Shown in pieces: positions 47,701-64,000 of a stretch of 64,000 bases of DNA. Under the pieces are notes generated by a model. That model did no database searches and was not told where the DNA came from. It worked only from the letters and a program-made list of their open reading frames with translations. The position numbers were made by a program, and so were the translations under genes. How positions within the stretch are numbered: the first letter of the stretch is position 1; every line of letters begins with the position of its first letter. Source of the stretch: the human T2T-CHM13v2.0 reference genome, Homo sapiens; the NCBI RefSeq assembly GCF_009914755.1, contig NC_060936.1. The stretch is one strand, 5' to 3'.

Positions 47701-49130
47701 AAATGAGATAGATGGCAACACAATAATAGTGGGGGACTTCAATACTCCACTGACAGCACTAGACATCAAAACAGAAAGTCAACAAAGAAACAACTGATTT
47801 AAACTATACCCTGAAACAAATGAACTTAACAGATGTATAGAGAATATTTTACCCAACAACCACAGAATATACATTCTATTCAACAGCACATGAAACTTTC
47901 TCCAAGATAGACTATATAATAGGCCACAAAATGAGCCTCAACAAATTTAAGAAAATTAAAATTATATCAAGCACTCTCTCAGACCACAGTGGAATACAAC
48001 TGGAAATCAACTCCAAATGGAACCTTCAAAACCATGCAAACACATGGAAATTAAATAATCTGTTCCTTAATGATCATTGGGTCAAAAATGAAATAAAGAT
48101 GGAAATTAAAAAATTCTTTGAACTGAATGACAATTGTGATACAACCTATCAAAATCTCTGGGATACAGCAAAGGCAGTGCTAGGAGGAAAGTTCATAGCC
48201 TTAAATGCCTACATCAAAGGTCTGAAAGAGCACAAACAGACAATCTAAGGTCACACCTCAAGGAACTAGAGAAACAAGAACAAGCCAAACCCAAACCTAG
48301 CAGAAGAAAGGAAATAACCAACATCACAGCAGAACTAAATGAAAGTGAAACAGCAACAGCAACAAAAAATTACAAAAGATAAATGAAACAAAAAGCTGGT
48401 TTTTTGAAAAGAAAAACAAAAATTGATAGATCATTAGCAAGATTAACCAAGAAAAGAAGAGAGAAAATCCAAATAAGCTCAATTAGAGAGGAAATGGGAG
48501 ATATTATAAATGACACCACAGAAATACAAAAGATCATTCAAGGCTACTATGAATATCTTTACATGCATAAACCTAGAAAACCTAGGGGAGATGGATAATT
48601 TCCTGGACATATAAAACCCTCCTAGCTTCAATCTGGAAGAATTAGATACCCTGAACAGACCAATAACAAGCAGTAAGATTGAAATGGTAATTTAAAAATT
48701 ACCCACAAAAAAAGATCCTGGACCAGATGGATTCACAGCACTCAAAGAAGAATTGGTACCAATCCTGTTGACACTATTCCAGAAGATAGAAAAAGAGGGA
48801 ATCCTCCCTAAATCATTCTATGAAACAGTATCACCCTAATAACAGAACCAGGAAAGGATATAACCAAAAAAGAAAACTACAGGTCAATATCTCTGATGAA
48901 TATAGGTGCTAAAATCCTTAACAGAATACTAGCTAACCAAATCCAACAACATATCAAAAAGATAATCCACCATGATCAAGAGGGGTTTCATACCAGGGAT
49001 ACAGGGATGATTTAACATTTGCAAATCAATAAATATGATACACCACATAAACAGAATTAAAAACAAAAATTACATGATCATCTCAATAGACCCAGTAAAA
49101 GCATTCAACAAAAGCCAGCATTCCTTTATG
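44786..49130 (+). mobile_element. Old L1PA (about PA13-16): 5'UTR, ORF1 and ORF2 up to mid-RT; 3' end missing
   Basis: Start gagaggatcatggtggacaggaggcagaactagattgcagctcc. EN fragment [11 protein letters not shown] (47931-48248). Stops abruptly at ttcctttatg with no poly-A. Confidence 0.85.
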
Positions 49131-50464
49131 CCATGTTTACAGTAGAATAGCATATCCAGCAAAAATAATCTTCAAACATGAAGGAGAAATAAACACTGTT
49201 CCAGACAATCAAAGGCTGAGGGATTTCAACACCAGATCTGTCCTACAAGAAATGCTAAAGGGAGTACTTCAATAGAAAGAAAAAGGATTTTGATGATCAA
49301 AAAGAAATCATCTGAAGATAAAAAAACTCATTGGTAATAGCAAATATACAGAAAAACACAGAACATTATAACACCGTAACAGTGGTGTTTAAGCTACTCT
49401 TACATAGAAGGACTAAAGGACGAACCAATTCAAAATAATAACTACAACTTTTCAAGACATAGTACAATAAATGTAAATAGAAACAACAAAATGTGGAAAA
49501 ATTGGGGACATAGTTAAGGCACAGAGTCTTTATTAGTTTTCTTTTTGCTTGTTAGGTTGTTTATTCAACAGCGTTAAGTTGTTATCAGCTTAAAATAATA
49601 GGTTATAAGATAGTATTTGCAGGCCTCATGATAATCTCAAAACAAAAAACAGATAATGGATACACGAAAAATAAAAAGCAAGAAACTAAATCATATCACC
49701 AGAGAAAATAATCTTCACTAAAAGGAAGACAGAAAAGAACAAAAAGACCACAAAAAAACCCCACATAAAATGCAGAAGTCAGTTCTTAGTTATAAATAAT
49801 AATATTGAATGTAAATGGACTAAACTCTCCAATCGAAAGACATAGAGTGGCTGAAACACACTTCATGTATAAAAACACACATAGACTAAAAATGAAGGGA
49901 TGGTAAAAGACATTCCATGCCAATGGAAACCAAGAGAAGAGCAGGCAGAGCTATATTTATATCAGAAAAAATAGATTGCAAGACAAAATCTATAAGAAGA
50001 GACAAAGAAGGTCACTATATAATGATAAAGCTGTCAATTCAGCAAGTGGTTATAACAATTTAAAATATATATTCACTCAAAACTGAAGCACCCAGATATA
50101 CAAAGCAAATATTATTAAAGAGAGAGATAGACTCCAATACAATAATAGCTGGAGATTTCACCCCACTTTCAACACTGGACAGACCTTCCAGACATGAAAT
50201 CAACAAAGAAACATCAGACTTGATATACACTATAGGCCAAAAGGATCTAATAAATATTTACAGAACTTTTCACCCAATGGCTGCAGAATACACATTATTT
50301 TCTTCAGCACATGGATCATTCTCACGGATAAATCATATGTTAAGTCACAAGACAAATCTTAAAACTTTCAAAAAAATTGAAACAATGTCCAGCATCTTCT
50401 CTGATCACAATGGAATAAAACTATACATTAATAAGAGAAATTTTGGAAATTATACAAATACATG

Positions 50465-50823
50465 TGATATGGTTTGGCTGTGTGTCCCCACCCAAGTCTC
50501 ACCTTGAATTGTAATAATCCCCACTTGTTGTGGGAGGAGCTCAGTGGGAAGAAATTGAATCATGGAGGTGGGTTTTTCCCATGCTGTTCTTGTCATAGTG
50601 AATAAGTCTCATGAGATCTGATGTTTTTATAAAGGGAGTTCCCCTGCACATGCTCTCTTGCCTGCCACCATGTAAGACAACCCATTGCCATTCCTTCGTC
50701 TTCTGCTATGATTGTGAGGCCTCCCCAGCCATATGGAAATGTGAGGCCATGAAACATCTTTCCTTTATAAATTACCCAGTGTTGGGTATGTCTTTGTTAG
50801 CAGCATGAGAACAGAATAATACA
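50465..50823 (+). mobile_element. THE1 (MaLR) solo LTR
   Basis: tgatatggtttggctg...taataca; TSD acatg/acata. Confidence 0.9.
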
Positions 50824-53800
50824 ACATATAAATTAAACAATATGCTCCTGAATGACCAGTGGGTCAATAAAGAAATTAAAAAGAAAATTGAAAAATTTCT
50901 TGAAACAAATAATGGAAACACATATACCAAAACCTATGGAATATAGCAAAAGCAGTACTAAGAGGGACCTTTTTAGCTATAAATGCCTACATCAAAAAAA
51001 GAAGAAAAATTTCAAATAACTAGTCCAATGATGCATCTTAAAGAACTAGAAAAGTAAGAGCAAACCAAACCCAAAATTAGTACAAGAAAAGAAATAATAA
51101 AGATCAGAGCAGAAACAAATAAAATTGAAATGAAAACAATACAGAAGATCAATAAAACAAAAAGTTGTTTTCTTGAAAAGTTAAACAAAATTGACACGCT
51201 TTTAACCAGACTAAGAAAAAAAGAGAAGATCCAAATAAATTAAGTCAGAGATTAAAAAGGAGACATTACAATTGATACTGCAGAAATAAAAAAAAAATCA
51301 TGAGTAACTACTATGAGCAACTATATGCCAATAAATTGAAATATGTAGAAGAAATGGACACGTTACTGGACACATGTAACCTTCCAGGATTGAACCAGAA
51401 AGAAATCCAAAACCTGAACAGACCAATAACAAGTAACAAAATTGAAGCCATAAAAAAAATGTCTCCCAGTAAAGAAAAGCCCAGAACACAATGGCTTCAT
51501 TGACGAATTCTATCAAAAATTTAAAGAAGAACTAAGACCAATCCTATTCAAACTATTCTGAAAAATGGAGGAGGGAAAACTTCCAAACTTATTCTACGAG
51601 GCCAGTATTATTGAAAACTACAGGCCAATATCTCTGATGAATATTTATGCGAAAGTCCTCAACAAAATGCCAGCAAACAAACTTCAACAATACATTTAAA
51701 AGATCATTCATCATAACCAAGTGGGATTTATCCCTAGGATACAAGGATGGTTCAATATTTATATATCAATCAATGTGATACATCATATCAACAGAATGAA
51801 GGAAAAAAATGATCATTTCAATGATGCTCAAGAAAAATTTCATAAAATTCAACATCCCTTCATGAAAAAATCCCTAAAAAAGCTGAGTACAGAAGGGACA
51901 TACCTAAACGTAATAAAAGCCAAATATGACAGACCCACAGCTGCTATCATTCTGAATGGGGAAAATCAAAAAGCCCTTCCTCTAAGATCTGGAACACGAC
52001 AAGCATTTCACCACTGTTATTTAACATAGTACTGGAAGTCCTAACTAGAGCAATCAGATAAGAGAAAGAAATGAAGGGTATCCAAATTTGAAAGGAAGAA
52101 GTCAAATTATCCTGGTTTGCAGATGATATAATCTTAAATTTGGAAAAACCTAAAGACTCTACCAAAAAACTATTAGAACTGCTAAACAAATTCAATAAAG
52201 TTGTAGGATACAAAATTAATATACAAAAATCAGTAACATTTTCATATGCCAACAGTGAACAATCTGAAAATGAAATTTAAAAATAATCCCATTTATAATA
52301 GCCAGAAATCAAGATTAAATACCTAGACATTAACCAAAGAAGTGAGAGTGCTATAATAAATAAAAACTATGAAACGCTGACGAAAGAAATAGAAGTGGAC
52401 ACCAAAAAGTGAAAACATATTCCATGTTCATGGATTGGGAGAATAAATATAGTTAAAATGTCCATACTACCCAAAGCCATTTACTGATTCAGTGTAATCC
52501 CTATCAAAATACCAATGACATTCTACACAGAAATAGAAAAAACAATCCTAAAATTTATATGGAACCACAAAAGACCCTGAATACCAAAATTATGCAAAGT
52601 AAAAAGAACAAAACTGGAGGAATCATGTTACCTGACTTCAAATTATACTACAGAGCTATAGTAACCAAAACAGCATGGTACTGGCATAAAAACAGACACA
52701 TAGATGAATGAAATAGGATAGAGAGCTGAAAAACAAATCCACACACCTACAGCGAACTCATTTTTGAAAAAGGTGCCAAGAACATACACTGGGGAAAAGA
52801 CAGTCTCTTCAATAAATTGTGCTGGGAAAACTGGATATTCCTATGCAGAAGAATGAAACTATATCCCTATCTCTCACCACATACAAAACCACAATCAAAA
52901 TGAATTACAGACTTAAATCTATAATCTCAAAATGTGAAAGTACTACAAGAAAACGTTGAGGAAATTCTCCAGGACATTGGTCTGGGCAAAAATTTCTTGA
53001 GTAATATCCCAGAAGCACAGCCAACAAAAGCAGAAATGGACAAAGAGGATCAAATCAAGTTAAAAAGCTTCTGCACAGTAAAGGAAACAATCAACAAAGT
53101 GAAGAGACAGCTCACAGAATGGGAGATAATATTTGCAAACTACCCATCTGACAAGAGATGAATAACCAGAATATATAAGGAGCTCAAACAACTCTATAGG
53201 AAAAAATCTAATAATCTGATCAAAAATGGGCAAAAGATTTGAATAGACATTTCTCAAAAGAAGACATACAAATGGCAAACAGGCATATGAAAAGGTGCTC
53301 AACATCATTGCTCATCAGAGGAATGAAAATCAAAACTACAATGAGATACCATTTCATCTCAGTTAAAATGGCTTTTATCCAAAAGACAGGCAATAAGAAA
53401 TGCTGGTGAGGTTGTGGAGAAAAGGAAACCCTGGTACACTTTTGGTGGGAATGTAGATTAGTACAGCCACTATGGACAACAGTTTGGAGATTCCTCAAGA
53501 AAACAAAAATAGACCTACCATATGACCTAGCAATCCCACTGCTGAGTATAAGCCCAAAAGAAAGGAAATCAGTATATCAAGGAGATATCTGCACCCCCAT
53601 GTATGTTGGAGCACTGTTCACAATAGCCAAAACTTGGAAGCAACCTAAGTATCCACCAACAGATGAATGGACAAAGAAAATGTGGTACTATACATAGTGG
53701 AGTACTACTCAGCCATAAAAGGAATGAAATCCTGTCATTTGCAACAACATGGATGGAACTGGAGATCGTTATGCTAAGTGAAATAAGCCAAGCATAGAAA

Positions 53801-54379
53801 GACAAATATTGCATTGTTCTCACTTATTTGTGAGATCTAAAAATCAAAACAGTTGATCTCAGGAAGTTAGAGAGTAGAAGGACAGTTACCAGAGGCTGGG
53901 AAGGGTAGTGGGATGGTGGAGGTTGGGAGAGGTAGAGATGGTTAATGGGTGAACAAAAAAATAGTTAGAAAGAATGAATAAGACCTAGTATTTGAAGGCA
54001 CAATGGGGTGACTATAGTCAATAATAATTTCATTATACATTTTAAAATAATTTAAAGAGTATATTTGGATTATTTGTAACTCAGAGGATAAATGCTTGAG
54101 GGGATGGATACCCCATTTTACATGACGTGATTATGAAGCATTGCATGCCTGTATCAAATCATCTCATGTACCCCACAAATATATGTACCTACCTACTATG
54201 TACCCACAAAAATTAAAATAAAAATTTTTTTTAATCCCAGAGAAGATTCCATTCTAAAACAAAGCTAATGCTTTTGGAACACAAGATACAAGTTTATAAA
54301 GAAAGAAAATCAATACCTAACCATCACCTTATGCTTCACAATTGCTGCAAAATAAGTTAATCCTTTTCTTTGACTTATT

Positions 54380-54600
54380 TATTAATTTATTTACTTTTTA
54401 ATCAATATACAATAGTTGTACATATTTTGGGGGTACATTTGGTATTTTGATACCTGTATGTGTAATGATTACATCAGGGTAGTTGGTAAATCCATCACCT
54501 TAAACATTTATCATTTCTTTGTGTTGGAAATATTAAAAATATTTCCTTCTAGCTATTTGAAATGTACAATAAATTATTGTTAATTATAACTTTTTTACCA
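54380..54600 (-). mobile_element. L1MA 3'-end fragment
   Basis: gtacatattttgggggtacat...catcaccttaaacatttatcatttctttgtgttgg. Confidence 0.7.
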
Positions 54601-55897
54601 AAGTATTAATGCCTACTTTATAATGTTAGAAACCATGTTTTAGGTAATAATGTCAGAAAATTTGACTATATCTATCCATGCTTCTTTTATATTTAGAAAT
54701 TTGTCTTAATTAATTAATGATACCAGAAAGAAGGGGTACTGACTGGGCCATAATTTAGTATCTTTTAGCCTCTTCATAAATCTCTCAGAAAAGCATGAAA
54801 TCAGACCTGTAATTAGGCAGCATAACTCTGGTTGCCACTTGTTAATCCTAAATTTTTATTTTCTTTCTTTTCTTTCTTTAGGGGGCATGCATCCAAAGAA
54901 AAAAGAAAGAAAGAAAGAAAAAAAACCTCAACCTTCCTGCTGACTGTTCTTGACCCACATTGTATTGACTTTCTTCTGTTTAGGTGGAGAAGGAAGGGAC
55001 ATTTGAGAAAAGGGCAAAGTAGCAGAAAGCCCAAAATGTGCCTAGAGGGAAATAATTGATTTTTTGTTAATTCCCCAGGTGCTGACATGGTCAGGAAGTC
55101 ATAGGACTACCTTTTCTTGGCAAGTCCACAACTGCCTCAGACCCACATGAAAGAGCTTTCTCTGGGAATTTTTCTAAAGGGCTTTTAATTGCTGACAGTC
55201 AAAAGATCCAGAAGTTTACTTCCCAAGAAATAGCAAGAGTAAAACTCTTACTCCTGATCTGATACAACTGCCTTTAGACTCCAATACATTTGGATTTTTC
55301 TGGAGGCTACAGTTAAGCATGTCAACTTGTGATATGACTTTTAGTCCCTGCTAATTTCAGTCAATAGAGAACTAAAGGCAGATGGGAAGAGGAGAGGGAA
55401 AAAAAAATCAGCTGAAACAAACGAAGAATTCAGGCTTATTTTTCAATGTTAGTTGCTCTGGTTTTCTTGTTTTATCTAACCTATTCTAACAGTCCTTCCT
55501 TTGAATTTTGTACAATGCACGTTTCTATAAATTCACACTGAAAAACATCTGGAGTATTGCCAGCAATTTGCCAAACAGAAACCTGCAGCAATGGAAATGT
55601 TCTGTAAGACTATAAAGTTCAGGAAGAAATGGTAGAGGTGAGTGGTAAAAAATTCTGACACATCACAATAAGGTGTTCCCCCTCTTAAGTCTTGCCAGGA
55701 TTCATTGCTTACCTCATTGATGATGTTCTTAATTATATTATCTTTTACTTTGTGGAGCACTTGATTTAGTGTCAGTTAATTTCATAAGAATATAACCAGA
55801 TGTACAATTCCTTTAATATTCAAAATTCTATCAGGAACATGTGTGTTGAATATCTCAATAGGAATATTGCAAAATGTTTGAAAAATAGTTATCTACC

Positions 55898-55989
55898 TTT
55901 TTTAAAAGATGGGATCTCACTGTGTTGCCCAGGCCGGAGCACAGTCATTATTCACAGGTGCAATCCTACTACTGATCAGCATGGGAGTT
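55898..55989 (-). pseudogene. 5'-truncated 7SL (SRP RNA) retrocopy
   Basis: Minus strand aactcccatgctgatcagtagtaggattgcacctgtgaata...gcctgggcaacacagtgagatccc matches the 7SL 3' part, including S-domain sequence absent from Alu. TSD agttatct(a/g)cctttt at 55887 and 55986. Confidence 0.85.
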
Positions 55990-56179
55990 ATCTGCCTTTT
56001 GAAGTCAGATTATAAACACTTTCTTACAGAACCAATTTGACATTGGTATATCTGACTGTTTGTACACATAGTCAGTAAAGAGGTCCTTGTATTATTAATT
56101 AGGAAATAAGTTCTAGAACCAGATTAATACACCTTTTTTAAGTTGGAAGGCCCCTAAGAGGTAAGTACAGTCTTTTCAT

Positions 56180-56560
56180 CCTAAAGAAAAAGAAATATTT
56201 GTTGAAAAAATAAAGAAATTCTATTATACTAGGTCTTATAGGGGATTAACAATACAGAGACGATTCCTGTCCTCACGAAGCTGACATGCTAGTATGTAAG
56301 ACAATAAATATACACAAATAGCATAGGGCAGAATAATAAGTGACTTAAAATGCATAAATGAAGTCTTCAGTTTTGGAATAGAACCTGTCTATTTGTGGTG
56401 GTATCTGAAGTGGGGAGAAGGGAAATTTTTCTCAAAAAGTGACATACGATTTGATCACCGAAAAATGGCATGACATTTTAAAAGGGGAAACTGCAAGTCA
56501 GGGAAATTGTAGATATAAGAAATACCAGAGACACATACGAATATTGGGGGGGAAGGCTGA
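56180..56560 (-). mobile_element. L2 fragment
   Basis: atatttgttgaa...agacgattcctgtcctcacgaagctgaca is an L2 3' end, reversed. Confidence 0.5.
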
Positions 56561-56929
56561 CAAGTGGATCAGTCTTACATGTCAGGCTAATAAAGAGCTA
56601 TGCAAACAAACAAGCAAACAAACAAAAAGAACTGCATGATTAAAAGAGTCATATTTGTGAATCAACCCTATCACATTCCCACAAAGCCATCTAGTTTAAA
56701 TGGTCACCTCTAGTGGCAGAGAATCTGCTTCCTCTTAAGAGTACCTGCCCCAACTTTGTTTAGTTCTATTTTTTACATTATATTGACTTAAAATCCTTTT
56801 TCTTACAGCTTTCACTTCTTTGTTTAAATTCTACCACTTATGGCCACATGGGACAAAAGAAGTCCTTTTCCAAAGGACAATTACTCAAGTATTGAAGTCA
56901 GCTTTAAACATTTTAAAAATCATGGTTCT

Positions 56930-63080
<6,151 letters not shown>

Positions 63081-63119
63081 CACCTTCATTTAGATTTAAT
63101 TTATTGGACAACACAAGGC

Positions 63120-63900
63120 TATTAATGTTTTTTACAGCTGGCAGTGGGTTAAGGATGGATCAAAGAAAGAGAAGAATGAAAGATGAGGAGATGAGGAGAT
63201 GATTAGGAAACTAGGATTGTGGTCCAGGAGAAAGGCAATGAGAGGCTGAATTGAAGTGGTGATCATATAGATGGAAGTGGAGGGGACCCAAGGGGTAGAG
63301 TAAAGGAGACAACATGGGGCTTGGCATCTCACTAATCCAGGGTTAAGAAGAAACCACAGAAACTTCCAAGGTTATTAGTTTGGACTGGGAGAATAGTGGT
63401 CTCATTGATTAGATATAAGGAAGTCTCAAGGCTCAGCTAGCTTCAGAAGAAGGTGTTGGGTTTGGTTTGGGCATAAGAAATTTGAGAGGACAGCAGAGGC
63501 TCAGACTGAAGGAAAATTGGGAAGCCACTTGTCTTCAACAGTCACAACTGTGGGGGTGAGAGATTCTCAAGTAACGTCTTTAAGGAGAGCAGAGACCCCT
63601 TGAGTAACACCTATTTCTAGGCGCACAGAGGAGTCAAAGAAGCAGAGAAGGAAAGTGAAGAGAACGAAGAGAACCAGTATAAAGCAGGGCAGGACGTCAA
63701 GGGAAGGACAAAGTTTTAACCTCAAATACCAGGGAAGTCAAAGAGGACAAAAATTGTAGCAAAGCTATGGCATTTGGTGATTAAGAAGAAATGTTATTAA
63801 AGGGCAATTTTAATGGCGTACTGGAGACAGAAATCATATGTTTAGGTGTTATGATATGATTAGATCATGAGGGCAAGGAGACCACGAAGATAAATAATTT
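63120..63900 (-). mobile_element. L2 fragments
   Basis: Purine-rich decayed L2 motifs (ccaaggttattagtttggactgggagaatagtgg; gaagagaaccag). Confidence 0.5.
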
Positions 63901-64000
63901 TTAAAAACATTACTAATCAGTGCAAGAAGAGGATTAACAGGATCAAAGGAAGCCTTTGGTGTTTTGATGGTTTTAGGAGGGGTTGTTTTGTTTAGAATGG

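Larger units (their letters stand above)
42558..54224 (+). mobile_element. Originally full-length L1MA (L1MA1/2-like): 5'UTR 42558-~44780; ORF1 end, ORF2 and 3'UTR 49133-54224; hosts a nested L1PA and a THE1
   Basis: TSD cccagagaag at 42548-42557 and 54236-54245 brackets the whole block. L1MA-type 3'UTR ending aaaaattaaaataaaa; ORF2 fragments in the track. Confidence 0.82.

Noticed and set aside
55713-55760. Strong minus-strand donor GAG|gtaagc with peptide LHKVKDNIIKNIINE
   Set aside because: No usable polypyrimidine acceptor, and an in-frame stop lies just upstream

Overview
AT-rich, repeat-dense primate (human-like) genomic DNA, not prokaryotic. The only real gene content is the 5' end of LMNTD1 (IFLTD1, lamin tail domain-containing 1) on the minus strand: two alternative ATG-bearing exons (5654-5679, MLEGSWIN; 5456-5544, MKDTQ...) each splice in phase 2 onto a 221-nt coding exon (1902-2122), and an RFX X-box lies just upstream. 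The gene was recognised from memory of the protein, not by a search. The remaining ~58 kb is upstream or intronic sequence made of L1s, Alus, MaLR LTRs, DNA transposons, MIR/L2 and a 7SL retrocopy. Almost all ORFs in the supplied track are decayed L1/Alu/LTR frames. I found no evidence of a novel enzyme system or CRISPR-like array. The most interesting structure is genome archaeology. (1) An old inverted DNA-level duplication of an L1MA+THE1 composite (10696-19162 vs 49133-51280) preserves pieces deleted from the parent locus. (2) Three co-oriented L1PA copies appear to have exchanged sequence by gene conversion. (3) One L1 carries a short 3' transduction and sits inside an Alu. (4) A splice switch turns one LMNTD1 start codon into a uORF. 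Repeat subfamily names and many boundaries are by-eye estimates.
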